Assembly (NCBI GenBank): GCA_027366525.1
Contig: DAHXKG010000003.1
Coordinates: 164,997-228,996 of the forward strand
From: a candidate division FCPU426 bacterium
GTDB taxonomy: Bacteria > Oederibacteriota > Muellerivitia > Muellerivitales > DAHXKG01
DNA length: 64,000 bases
Direction of reading: 5' to 3'
Shown here: one piece after another, positions 55,801 to 64,000 of the stretch
How positions within the stretch are numbered: position 1 is the first letter of the stretch
Layout of the letters: each line of letters opens with the position of its first letter
The notes under the pieces: model-generated
Seen by the model: the letters and a program-made list of their open reading frames with translations, nothing else
The model's database searches: none
Told to the model about the DNA's origin: nothing
Translations under genes and position numbers: made by a program

Positions 55801-56528
55801 AATGAAAGATTTGTGCTAGAGGGACTATCTAAATCGGAACCAAGTAAATAAAAGTGTTTGAGGAAATCGAAAAATTGTTCGTCCGAAATGTCAGTATTGT
55901 TGTTTGCTTTTTTTAGTTGGTCACGAAATGATTTTAATTTTCTCTGATTTTTAATGCCAAAGAACTTCGCTTTTTCTGTCTTGTTCAAAAAATCTTTTAC
56001 ATCTGCGGCCGACCGGGCAATATCAAGAATTCTTCTTACATCAACTGATGCCTTCGAAGACTCTGTAATAAGCGTGATTGAATCTCTTCCCTTAATAAAT
56101 GTCGTAGGATTATTGAAATCCTTCCATGCCGCTGAAATCACTTCTCCGAACACCTTGTTACTATCTGTAAAAGAAACAGTATGTTTAATCTGCCCGAGAA
56201 TTCGCCGGGGCCCACCATTGTCATTGGACTCAATAAAAACTATTAGGTCATCGATGTTATATCCATCTACTTTTCCTTGTAATCTGATTTTTACGATTCT
56301 TCCTGGAAAACAAGAAATATTTCCTCCGGTAAGCATCAAAACAAGGAATGATGCTTGGACATTTTCTTCAAAATGAATTCCACCGCCACCTGTTGAGAAA
56401 GGGTTGCTAAGTTTTTTTAATTGCGAGCCCTTTTTTTTTACTTGACGTGTTGGTTTATTTCCGAGTCGCATTATTTTTAGGGGTCGCTTAAGATTTTTTT
56501 TGTTTTTATTATTTCGTTTTTTGGGCAT
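52887..56528 (-). CDS. large protein: Lys-rich tail, PD-(D/E)xK/Cap4-like nuclease head, long alpha-helical repeat body, no P-loop
   Basis: 1213 aa. STGGGGIHFEENVQASFLVLML ... NIDDLIVFIE ... ILGQIKH resembles DUF4297/Cap4-type nuclease heads (D...QxK). The rest is helix-rich with no Walker A seen. Confidence 0.5.
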   Translation of the reverse strand: MPKKRNNKNKKNLKRPLKIMRLGNKPTRQVKKKGSQLKKLSNPFSTGGGGIHFEENVQASFLVLMLTGGNISCFPGRIVKIRLQGKVDGYNIDDLIVFIESNDNGGPRRILGQIKHTVSFTDSNKVFGEVISAAWKDFNNPTTFIKGRDSITLITESSKASVDVRRILDIARSAADVKDFLNKTEKAKFFGIKNQRKLKSFRDQLKKANNNTDISDEQFFDFLKHFYLLGSDLDSPSSTNLSLILSHIGQISQENAQSLWALLVKEISDANQNAGVITIDSLSDEIKNLFRKKPTETVPPELIEPPLLPGKIDWSRDQNAQALAIANLVGSWNENSDSDKEVISLLWKDGYDDWIAKLRILFQKDGSPLSFKNGIWVVSDRLNLWLSLGSWIFDEHLEALGKVAVKVLKERDLQFDLKPEERFMAGSKKKVLTQSRNIRKGIAEGLSLLGSRPEALTNFTNEKPKVIARHVVKKTLAGVEWSIWGSLNDLLPLLAESSPDEFLSVVEIALKQSPSPFDELLAQERSGFSGRTYITGLLWALETLAWDERYLVPVTIILGTLASKDPGGNWANRPSRSLTTIFLPWLPQTKAPIEKRKIALQTLRKEVPDVAWKLLISLLPNQTTASSYSYKPKWKDGFEGDQPVKVPNAEYWKLSNFCANLTVEMAKERFERLVELISFLDHLTRPAFDEFLKLLQSDEINGKTEDEKSILWKQLMTFIARHKRFNDAKWALPADVVTNLESIAKSLEPTDLLEKNQRLFDTKNFDYFDEKKSYKEQEKELQEKRQKALLEIWGQGGIESIIRFVEMVESPYNIGLSFGMAGNDSTDLAVIPKFLDADSKSIGQFVDGYVKGRYWIQKWTWVDKIVEESWTNTQKLKFLIYLFFMPETWKRVRKLLGDKEIDYWKNAPANIFQASGDFTTAIDGLLEAGRPLAAIYCINKTIHDGQPLDKSRAVKTLLAGVSSKEPVSSITSYEVEEVIKALQDDPSTDKTDLFKVEWAYLEMLDSLSSRVKPITVEQRLSEDPNLFCKLIRFMFFSKKQPRIKKEYSESEKALANNAFTLLERWRIIPGMKPDGSFVAENFKMWIDSVVKSCTESGHLEVALIRIGHALIHSPQDPSGLWIHKEVASVLDDQNYDEMRLGFRTALFNARGAHFVDTNGKADNDLAENYRKKANDVENAGFPCLASILRDLADEYDSEAKRIVDKHKRRMDNV

Positions 56529-56808
56529 TTGTAATGATCAATTTTTTTTTAGTTTTGTTTCTCTTCATCCGGGTTTCTTCCGCGACACCGTATTGTTTGT
56601 CGAGACCTTGATGTTTAGATACATAATGATATCTTTAGACTTTTTCTAATTCATTCTTTATTTTTTTTCTTGGTTTCGTTGTTACATAAAATCCTTTTTG
56701 ACGCCAAGATTTGGTTTTGGTATAACCCATTTTAATACCAACATTAATACAGTTTTTGTAATTCATGGCATAAGCCATTGCATCTTTGTTATTTTGAAGG
56801 TGCCATAC

Positions 56809-57303
56809 TTAAATTAACAATAACCCATTCATTTTTTGATATTTTTGGTCCATGGAGAAGGACTCTTGACTGGATGCTTTAAGTTGAATGGGGCGGGAAA
56901 TGTATTTTGGATTTTGTTTTTCTTGGTCCAAGTACGCAATAAGGTCAATACCATGATCTCGAATAGGACTTGCAACTTCAATTCCAGCCTTCATTAATTC
57001 GTTAATGATCCAATTACGCCCTAAAATTTCCACTACTTGAGATTCAAGACGATTTGGTTTGAGAAGGAAAAGGGGACTAGGAGGACATCTCCAAAATCGT
57101 AGCTTGTCGTAGATGGCATCTTCAGGGTTATCCCAGACCCAGGCAAAAGACTTTTCGGAGAGCTTGGACGCGACTCTAGTCAATTGCCAGTTTGATTCCT
57201 CGTGGCCCAAGAATTCCACGAAATCCTCAACTTCGTTGATCTTGTCAGCCGAAAGGACTTCAATTTTCTTGATAAGTGTCATCACGTTTTTTCTAGTATA
57301 CAT
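56809..57303 (-). pseudogene. chimeric/truncated ORF: antitoxin-like N-terminus joined to a PD-(D/E)xK-like core
   Basis: LIKKIEVLSADKINEVEDFVEFL ... WDNPEDAIYDKL looks like a complete DUF2281-type antitoxin. It is followed by ...IRDHGIDLIAYLD ... RPIQLKAS (D...QxK). The ORF ends abruptly near the island edge. Confidence 0.35.
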
Positions 57304-57641
57304 TTATTCAATTATACCCGCTACCCACACATTCTCAAAAGTCGAAAACTAAAAATCATAAAGGGGTTTATATTTGCTTTTATTCGGAGATGGCATCCCT
57401 CTATCGTTTCTGGAATCCATACTTGATGTGCGAATAGGGATGATGCCATCGGGTTAAGGTGTCCTATAGGAGTCCTTTGTATCCATTGTTAACCATCCTT
57501 TACCGTCAGAAACCGTCAAAATCCATCAATAAGAAAAAGGCTCCTGTTGGCATTAGTTATAAAACCATTGCAAACAAAAGTCTTTATTTTGCTGGGGAAC
57601 AGTAAATTTTAAACTAGGAAATGGGTGGAAAGGCTAAAAGT

Positions 57642-57680
57642 ATTTCAAGTCCACTGCCTTACCAGTTAGACTAACTCTCC
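57642..57680. repeat. attR-type direct repeat (orphan copy of the tRNA-Ser(UGA) 5-prime half)
   Basis: 38/39 identity to 26701-26739. No tRNA 3-prime half follows. The mismatch (57676) would break acceptor-stem pairing. Confidence 0.85.
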
Positions 57681-57784
57681 TAAAATGGTTTAAAGTTGCT
57701 TTTATGGTTAGAAGCCTAGGTACTAAAAATCGCCTGAAAAATCATTTATGAAAAGGAACATCTCGTAAATTGAAGAAAATTACA

Positions 57785-58774
57785 TTAGTCGCGATTAACC
57801 ATCTTTTGCATGGTTTCATTATAACGATTGCCAGCAATGGGGATAGAATCCAGAATTGCTTGAATTTCAGCAAGATCAGTTTGAGTTAATTGAAATTTTA
57901 CGGACTGTGCATTTTCTTCTAAATGGTGTACTTGAGTAGTTCCTGGAATTGGGACAATGTCGGATCCTTGATGAAGCACCCAAGCAAGAGCGATTTGTGC
58001 AGGAGTCATTTTTTTAGAAAGCGCAATTTTTTGAATCGCATGAACCAAGTGAATATTTTTTTTGAAGTTTTCTCCTTGGAATCGCGGTAAGGTTCGTCGC
58101 ATATCTCCTGGTGTAAAATCCTCGGGTTTTTGAATAGTTCCTGTTAGAAAGCCTCGTCCAACAGGACTAAAAGCAACAAGTCCAATATTTAATTCACGTA
58201 AGGTGGGAAGAATAGTTTCTTTTAAGTTAAGTTCCCAAAGTGAAAATTCGCTTTGAAGCGCGGTAATCGGAAAAATCGCATGGGCTCGCCGAAGAATCTG
58301 AGAGCCGACTTCACTTAATCCCAGGAAGCGCACTTTACCGTCTCGAACCAGTTTAGCCATGGCGCCCATAGTTTCTTCAATAGGCGTTTGAGGATCCAAA
58401 CGATGCAGGTAAAGTAAATCAATTACATCGGTTTGAAGACGTTGAAGCGATCCCTCTACGGATTTAAAAACGGCTTGAGGAGAGGCATCTAAGTTTTCAG
58501 GACTACTTTTTCCATTTTTCCAAGCAAACTTGGTAGCAATAATGACTTGATGTCGATGATGCTTTAATACTTGTCCAATAAGCTCTTCGTTAAGGTAAGG
58601 TCCATAAGCCTCAGCGGTGTCCCAAAAATGGATTCCAAGCTCTAAAGCACGTTCTAGAGTTTGAAGATTATTTGATGTATGCGAGGGGCCGTAACTATAA
58701 TTCATTCCCATACAACCTAATCCAATGGCAGAAACTTCTAAACCTTGATTTCCTAATTTGCGCTTTTCCATCAC
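57785..58774 (-). CDS. aldo/keto reductase
   Basis: 329 aa. LGNQGLEVSAIGLGCMGM, FWDTAEAYG and C-terminal IPGT motifs. Confidence 0.9.
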   Translation of the reverse strand: MMEKRKLGNQGLEVSAIGLGCMGMNYSYGPSHTSNNLQTLERALELGIHFWDTAEAYGPYLNEELIGQVLKHHRHQVIIATKFAWKNGKSSPENLDASPQAVFKSVEGSLQRLQTDVIDLLYLHRLDPQTPIEETMGAMAKLVRDGKVRFLGLSEVGSQILRRAHAIFPITALQSEFSLWELNLKETILPTLRELNIGLVAFSPVGRGFLTGTIQKPEDFTPGDMRRTLPRFQGENFKKNIHLVHAIQKIALSKKMTPAQIALAWVLHQGSDIVPIPGTTQVHHLEENAQSVKFQLTQTDLAEIQAILDSIPIAGNRYNETMQKMVNRD

Positions 58775-58795
58775 GGGTTCCCTTTATAAAAAAAA

Positions 58796-59653
58796 TTAGT
58801 GTATCAAATGAAAACCAAAAACGACTACCGCGGCGAACAAACAATAAACTCCAAAAATGCCCCACCGGTTTGATTTTAACCAAGAGGAAAGCCACTTTAA
58901 GGCTAATAATCCTGCTAAAAAGCTAAAAATCATGCCGAAAAGGCTCGGGTAAAAGAGTGACCCTAATTGAGCATAGGAAATTCCTTGAGTTAAATGGATT
59001 TTTAAAACTCGGTAAACTTCACGCAGAATAACGGGAGGGGTTAAAAGCAGGGCTAATGCGAAACTGAATTCTTCACCCACCATTTTATCGATGCCAAAGA
59101 TTAGGGCAAGTGAGATGGTGGCGCCGGATCTGGAAAATCCTCGAAAAGGCAACGCCAGACCTTGGATCAAACCGATCCAAAGTGCTTCTTTGAATCCCAG
59201 AGGACGGGAGGTGGTATGTTTTTTTTGTTTCCAGGCAGCATAAAGAATTAAAATTCCACCGGCCACTAATGAAATTGACATAAGAGTCAGATTTCCGAAT
59301 AGACTTTCCACTTGAGGATGGGCCGAATGGCGTAAAATAACTTTTTCAATCAGAATCAAAAAAAAGATTCCCAACATACCCGTTGCAAAGGTAGCGAGAA
59401 CCAATTGTTTGATAAATAACCAAGTTTGAGCAGACGATTGAAAGTAGCGTTTTTTCCAGTCATTCCAAAAATAAATTAAAACGGAAAACATGGTTCCCGT
59501 ATGGAGCATGACGAGAAACAGGGTCATTTCAGGCCGGGTTGGATTAATGCCCATTAGTTTTTCAGCAACAATGACATGTGCCGAACTGGAGATGGGAAGA
59601 AGTTCGGCCATACCTTGAATAAATGCCAAGACAATAATTTGTAAAAAATTCAT
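58796..59653 (-). CDS. uppP: undecaprenyl-diphosphate phosphatase
   Basis: N-terminal IQGMAELLPISSSAHVIV and SRSGATI motifs. 8 TM segments. Confidence 0.9.
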   Translation of the reverse strand: MNFLQIIVLAFIQGMAELLPISSSAHVIVAEKLMGINPTRPEMTLFLVMLHTGTMFSVLIYFWNDWKKRYFQSSAQTWLFIKQLVLATFATGMLGIFFLILIEKVILRHSAHPQVESLFGNLTLMSISLVAGGILILYAAWKQKKHTTSRPLGFKEALWIGLIQGLALPFRGFSRSGATISLALIFGIDKMVGEEFSFALALLLTPPVILREVYRVLKIHLTQGISYAQLGSLFYPSLFGMIFSFLAGLLALKWLSSWLKSNRWGIFGVYCLFAAVVVFGFHLIH

Positions 59654-59703
59654 GTCGCCTCCAAAAATTTTGATTTTTTAACCATACATGGAGATTGAAT
59701 CGA

Positions 59704-60168
59704 CTAAGGAGCAGTCAGCTCTATTTTTTGAAGCTTGATTTTTAGTTTTTTTGAAAAATCAAAGATACGTTCATCCCGATAAAATTCACCGTAATAAATG
59801 GTGCGCATACCGGTATTGGCAATCATTTTGAAACAATTCCAGCAGGGTGAAGCCGTAATATAAATTTCACTTCCTTCGAGTCGAACCCCATGACGAGCGG
59901 CTTGAATAATGGCATTTGCTTCCGCATGGATCGTTGCAATGCAATGGCCCTCGCACATGAGATGACCGACATCATCACAATGAGGCATACCCTTGATACT
60001 CCCATTATAGCCGGTTGATAAGATGGTTTTTTCTCTGACGATTACGGCGCCGACATGTTTTCGATCACAAGTGGAACGACTAGCGACTTCTTGAGCAATA
60101 TTCATGAAATAGTCATTCCACCCCACGCGTTGCTTTTTTTTAGTCGGGGTGCTTTTGTTTTTTTTCAA
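59704..60168 (-). CDS. dCMP deaminase (ComEB/CMP-dCMP deaminase family)
   Basis: HAEANAI and PCWNC zinc motifs. 154 aa. Confidence 0.85.
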   Translation of the reverse strand: MKKNKSTPTKKKQRVGWNDYFMNIAQEVASRSTCDRKHVGAVIVREKTILSTGYNGSIKGMPHCDDVGHLMCEGHCIATIHAEANAIIQAARHGVRLEGSEIYITASPCWNCFKMIANTGMRTIYYGEFYRDERIFDFSKKLKIKLQKIELTAP

Positions 60169-60169
60169 A

Positions 60170-61099
60170 TCACGGCCTCACAATTGAGGGATCAATGGCA
60201 TAGACAAATAATTTTTGGCAAGGATGCCACGTTTGCTTGGCATAAGCCAAAGTTTCTAAAAATTCCGCATCGCCGGTATTGACAAACGGAAAATCCAGGA
60301 TCCGATTACAAACATTTACAAATATATAAGTCGATAATCCTTTCAAAGTCAAGTCGGTAATTTCAAAGTAAATGCCGAAGGTATTTGAGGAAAGAGGGGA
60401 GCCGATCAAGTAAGCCGATAAGTGTTGATTCACCCAGACGACCCAGGCGTGGAGTCCCCAGTCTTCAATATGATCGAGTGCAAGTTCGTGAGCCCATTGC
60501 GAGGACTGCATCATTTGAACGGCTTGGGGATGGGACTGGCGTTGAATTTTTTGTTGATACCAGTTGGACCAAAGGGTTTTACAGGCGTTAAGATCTGATT
60601 TTAAAAAGGGTCTAAAAAGCAAGTTGTGATTTTTTTCGAGATGATTTTTTTCAGCACGTCGAGAACGGTAATGGTTGCCTTTCAAAGCAGCCAGTTGCGT
60701 AGTTGGATAAAGATATTCAAAAAAAACAGGACGGATATTATAGCCCCAGGCCATGACTTGGGGTTTTTGGTTTTCGGTAAGTCCCTCAATACGGGAAATT
60801 CCTGGACCCGGGCCATTCATTTTTTCCATAAACTGAAAAGCCAATTGCAAAGCATCGAAGGTTAATGGTGTTGGCAAAATGGGACAATAAACATAGTTGC
60901 CGTATTGTGCGAAGATCCAGTGTGTTTGGCTGGATTGAGAATAGGACCAATAATAATGGAAGGCTTTGCCCCAAGTCAGAAAGGAGATCAGGGAGGACGC
61001 AAGGGATGGAGATGGAAAAATCGATTTCAAATCCTCCCAATGATCTCCAAGTGGCTCACTGCGATCAAAATAGTTCGACGCAAGAGAGAGAAACGACAA
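60170..61099 (-). CDS. DUF2156-like (lysyl-PG synthase C-terminal-like) protein
   Basis: 309 aa. LKGNHYRSRRAEKNHLEK resembles the G.K...R...N.F motif of DUF2156. Confidence 0.45.
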   Translation of the reverse strand: MSFLSLASNYFDRSEPLGDHWEDLKSIFPSPSLASSLISFLTWGKAFHYYWSYSQSSQTHWIFAQYGNYVYCPILPTPLTFDALQLAFQFMEKMNGPGPGISRIEGLTENQKPQVMAWGYNIRPVFFEYLYPTTQLAALKGNHYRSRRAEKNHLEKNHNLLFRPFLKSDLNACKTLWSNWYQQKIQRQSHPQAVQMMQSSQWAHELALDHIEDWGLHAWVVWVNQHLSAYLIGSPLSSNTFGIYFEITDLTLKGLSTYIFVNVCNRILDFPFVNTGDAEFLETLAYAKQTWHPCQKLFVYAIDPSIVRP

Positions 61100-61110
61100 G
61101 GTTTTGGAAC

Positions 61111-61863
61111 CTAAGAAGTTTCATTGGTAAGCAAGCGAGCAATTTCCCGGCGTAATCCATAACTTAATCGATGGGCGCGTGTGGGCGGATGATAGTTTTC
61201 CAGGTATTTGGGAAGATGATCAAGGGTGACCACCCCATGCTCGGCACTGGTGACGGAGGAAGCATCTCCCTGGGGATGCGCAAAAACCACAATACCTTGA
61301 ATCCAGATTTGAGAACATTCTTGGGCCCATCGCGGCGTTAAATGGGATTCGAGATAACTTCGAAGATGATAAATTTGAGTCGCCACTTGTTTTAAAGGAT
61401 TGTAGAATCCGCGTTTGTAACGCGAGCGGGTTTTTCGGGCACGTTTATGAAGCGTCCATTCGCGATCATCGGGCAATCCAATAATTTTTCCTCGGAGGTA
61501 TTTTGTTTCGATACAAAAGATCGCTTGGTGGGTAATGAGACAATGATCAATTTCACGCATTTTATGTCCGGATTCGAATTGGATGGAGTGAATCACGCGT
61601 GCATCCATTGTGAGGTTGTCTAAAATTTTAGCGACCAAGGCTTCGCCTTCGGATCCTTTGCCCACAATTCGATTGCGATGACGAGCGACTTTAAAACTCC
61701 AAATCGCCCCAATAAGCAGGATGCACGAACCTAAAAGCCCCCAGGGCCAAAAATAAAAACTCAAACCGATGGCGACTGCTAAAAACAAGAACGAAATCCA
61801 CCGCCATCGCATAACCCAGCGAATAGCTCGGGGTGGACGAAGCTGGCGTAAAGTTGCAACCAT
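61111..61863 (-). CDS. NERD domain membrane protein
   Basis: Two N-terminal TM helices. EIDHCLITHQAIFCIETKYLRGKI is the NERD core. Confidence 0.75.
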   Translation of the reverse strand: MVATLRQLRPPRAIRWVMRWRWISFLFLAVAIGLSFYFWPWGLLGSCILLIGAIWSFKVARHRNRIVGKGSEGEALVAKILDNLTMDARVIHSIQFESGHKMREIDHCLITHQAIFCIETKYLRGKIIGLPDDREWTLHKRARKTRSRYKRGFYNPLKQVATQIYHLRSYLESHLTPRWAQECSQIWIQGIVVFAHPQGDASSVTSAEHGVVTLDHLPKYLENYHPPTRAHRLSYGLRREIARLLTNETS

Positions 61864-61866
61864 AAA

Positions 61867-62391
61867 TTAATTACCTTTCTGAATCGATAATGGACGAGTC
61901 AAAATCACTTCTTCTTGAAATGGAGCCACAAAGCTTAAATGTGATGCAATGAGTTGTGATTTCAAAGGCTGTTCAAGATAATTTTGGATCCAATCCAAAT
62001 AAGCGGGGATACGCGTGGATTCCTTCTCCGATTGGATTTCCGGACACTTCGTATCCAAACCAATTAAAATACCGGTTTGATTGGGATTCCACATAACCAC
62101 CACCGGGTAGATGGAACAATCGAGAGGTCGTGCATGATAAATCTGACACGTGTGATCCGCATGATGAAAAAAGGAACATTGGTAACCATGTTGACAGGTT
62201 GTTAAGGCTGCTTTGGTTTCAGAGGATGAATCCCGAAAAAAATTCGAGGGCAGTTGGAGATGTTCAATTTCCGCGCGTTCTTCAGGAAAGAAAAAAGGGG
62301 ATAAGGGAGATTGTTTTTCCGGAAAGCGACAACAAACGGGACAATTTAAACAAACGTCACTCGCAATCAATTGAGGCACCTGAGGATTCAT
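61867..62391 (-). CDS. YkgJ-family cysteine-cluster protein
   Basis: CLNCPVCCRFPE (CxxCxxCC) and further Cys/His residues. 174 aa. Confidence 0.65.
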   Translation of the reverse strand: MNPQVPQLIASDVCLNCPVCCRFPEKQSPLSPFFFPEERAEIEHLQLPSNFFRDSSSETKAALTTCQHGYQCSFFHHADHTCQIYHARPLDCSIYPVVVMWNPNQTGILIGLDTKCPEIQSEKESTRIPAYLDWIQNYLEQPLKSQLIASHLSFVAPFQEEVILTRPLSIQKGN

Positions 62392-62419
62392 TTTAGTATG
62401 TACTCACTTGGTCAAATTG

Positions 62420-62632
62420 TTAAAAATTATAAATGCCAATGCCAATGATAAATAAGCTTCCAATAATTAATAGAGGGGCGAGGGTCATGGAGCCTTTGGC
62501 TAGAACCATATAGCCAATAACCATGATGCCCACTCCAATCGAAACGGCAAGTTTACCCCAAAAATTCCATTTGGGACCCCCGACGGGGTTTTTGGGTTTT
62601 TCAGAATTTGACAATAGTTCGATCTCCTTCAA
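62420..62632 (-). CDS. small two-TM membrane protein
   Basis: 70 aa with two hydrophobic helices. No family recognised. Confidence 0.4.
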   Translation of the reverse strand: MKEIELLSNSEKPKNPVGGPKWNFWGKLAVSIGVGIMVIGYMVLAKGSMTLAPLLIIGSLFIIGIGIYNF

Positions 62633-62912
62633 TCATCCATAAGCATGGCTATTAATTTTTGAAATAATTTTTTAAAATACGATTCATTTAAAATTTATAA
62701 AAACGATTAGTATAAAAACTAGTATACAAATCTTTTTATGATTATTCACTGTAAAAAGTCAATACACAATGATAAATTGATCCTGAAGCCATTGACCCCT
62801 AAATCAAGAGTGAAGCATCAATTTTTAATCGTTCAACCTAATCTTGAGCATAGCATTGAATCCAAAGTCGATGATTTAATATAAAGATTCCAGGCATTCA
62901 GAAAGAGGATCC

Positions 62913-64000
62913 ATGACCCCCGCGATTCACTTGGTCACCAGTATGTTGTATTTGATTCTTCTTTCACGAATTTTGGGCCCGCTTGTTGGACGGTTGGGCC
63001 AGCCGCCTTTAATTGGGGAAATTTTGGCTGGCATTATCTTAGGGCCGGCATTGTTGCACTTAGTTTTACCGACGGTGGCTTTGCAAGGGGTTTCCAAGCT
63101 GGCTTTATTTCTCATCATGTTTTCCGCAGGATTGGAAATGGATTTTTACCGGGTCTTGAATTCATTTAAACTCAAGAATGTGTTTGTTGCCCTGCTGGCC
63201 TTTTTTATTCCTTTAGTCTTGGGATGTTTGACGGGTAAACTATTCAGCCTCCATACGACCCAGGCTTTGTTTTTAGGATTATGTATTTCATTAACGGCAT
63301 TACCGGTCACGTTGAAAATCCTTGAAAATTTCAATCTTTTACAAACAGAAATGGCGCAATTAGCAGTTTCGGTTTCCATTCTTAATGATGTCATTGCGTT
63401 GATGGCATTGGGGGTTTTAATTGTTTTGCCGGAGCAGAAGAGTTTGGCCACCACCATAAAAATTATTCTTACGACGTCTCTCAAGTTGGCTATTTTTAGC
63501 GGCTTAATTCTTTTAATTTATCAAATGTTGAAGTGGATGAAACGCTGGGTGAACATTCAGAAATGGATGGATGATTTAGTGCGGGTCTTTGGCCCCGAAG
63601 CCCGCTTTAGTTTAGCCGTCATTTTTGTTTTGATGTTTAGCACCGTCAGCCAAAATTTGGGCTTTCATTCCCTTATTGGAACTTTTTTTGGAGCGCTTCT
63701 GATTGATCGGAACATTTTTGGGATCAAGCATTTTTCCAGGCTGGAAGAAACGGTAAATTCTATTTCAACGGGATTCTTAACGCCCATTTATTTCGCCTTT
63801 TTGGGCTTAAACTTTCAGCCGTCTAAAATTACATCCTGGGTTTTATTAGTTGTCATTATTATCGTTTCGTTCGGTAGTAAACTTTTTGCAGGATATTGGG
63901 GAGGAAAATTTATTCATTTATCTGAAACGGATGCCTGGGGATTGGGCGTTATTCTGAATGGGCGCGGTATTATGGAATTGGCAGTCGCGAATATTGCTTT
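62913..64000 (+). CDS. cation:proton antiporter (CPA2/Kef-type), partial, runs off window end
   Basis: Own translation from the ATG at 62913: MTPAIHLVTSMLYLILLSRILGPLVGRLGQPPLIGEILAGIILGPALL... is a typical Na_H_Exchanger N-terminus. It is absent from the track because no stop falls in the window. Confidence 0.8.
   Translation, partial: MTPAIHLVTSMLYLILLSRILGPLVGRLGQPPLIGEILAGIILGPALLHLVLPTVALQGVSKLALFLIMFSAGLEMDFYRVLNSFKLKNVFVALLAFFIPLVLGCLTGKLFSLHTTQALFLGLCISLTALPVTLKILENFNLLQTEMAQLAVSVSILNDVIALMALGVLIVLPEQKSLATTIKIILTTSLKLAIFSGLILLIYQMLKWMKRWVNIQKWMDDLVRVFGPEARFSLAVIFVLMFSTVSQNLGFHSLIGTFFGALLIDRNIFGIKHFSRLEETVNSISTGFLTPIYFAFLGLNFQPSKITSWVLLVVIIIVSFGSKLFAGYWGGKFIHLSETDAWGLGVILNGRGIMELAVANIA

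Larger units (their letters stand above)
26740..57641. mobile_element. integrated genomic (defence) island, about 30.9 kb, at tRNA-Ser(UGA)
   Basis: Bounded by the 39-bp direct repeat, with an integrase remnant at the tRNA-proximal end, IS remnants, TA-like and defence-type genes, and patchy GC. Core metabolism resumes beyond 57.7 kb. Confidence 0.75.

Noticed and set aside
26740-57641. Prophage interpretation of the island
   Set aside because: No capsid, portal, terminase, tail or lysis genes were recognisable. The content is defence, TA and IS material, so it is better described as a genomic island.
62927-63484. Two minus-strand ORFs (63 and 112 aa) listed in the track
   Set aside because: They are antisense to an open plus-strand frame that encodes a clear CPA2 antiporter N-terminus starting at 62913.

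Overview
Bacterial chromosomal window, about 40% GC by eye, standard genetic code. No rRNA genes, CRISPR arrays or phage structural genes were found.

**1-24 kb, core and stress genes:** BI-1/YccA, a HAD hydrolase, a PAP2-like membrane protein, cysH, an NPCBM protein, dienelactone hydrolase and ygiD. Also here are an oxidative pentose-phosphate cluster (zwf-opcA-pgl) convergent with tkt, a Fur/PerR-Dps-peroxiredoxin unit, a CrtC-like/GT2 pair and an ABC-2 exporter.

**24.3-26.4 kb, small accessory patch:** a decayed IS4-family transposase and Cys-rich small proteins, followed by tandem tRNA-Ser(GCU) and tRNA-Ser(UGA).

**26.74-57.64 kb, integrated island of about 31 kb:** it is bounded by a 39-bp direct repeat (38/39 identical) that copies the 5-prime half of tRNA-Ser(UGA). 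It starts with a frameshifted tyrosine integrase and contains IS remnants and stacked defence-type modules:
- a TIGR04141/DUF6119-like protein;
- a tightly coupled five-gene operon, Ubl / E2-like / JAB::E1 fusion / kinase-fold protein / DUF6527-like zinc protein. This is the most interesting candidate system;
- a higher-GC helicase(DUF3883) / DUF1156 methyltransferase / HEPN-DUF499 ATPase operon (Hma/MADS-like) carrying embedded AT-rich cargo and a Schlafen/AlbA_2 gene split by an in-frame amber codon;
- an Abi_C module;
- a PIN-like gene with an HTH partner;
- a 1213-aa protein with a nuclease-like head, a helical-repeat body and no P-loop.

**57.7-64 kb, core genes again:** aldo/keto reductase, uppP, dCMP deaminase, DUF2156-like, NERD, YkgJ-like and a partial CPA2 antiporter.

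All family assignments come from motif recognition by eye. No searches were run.
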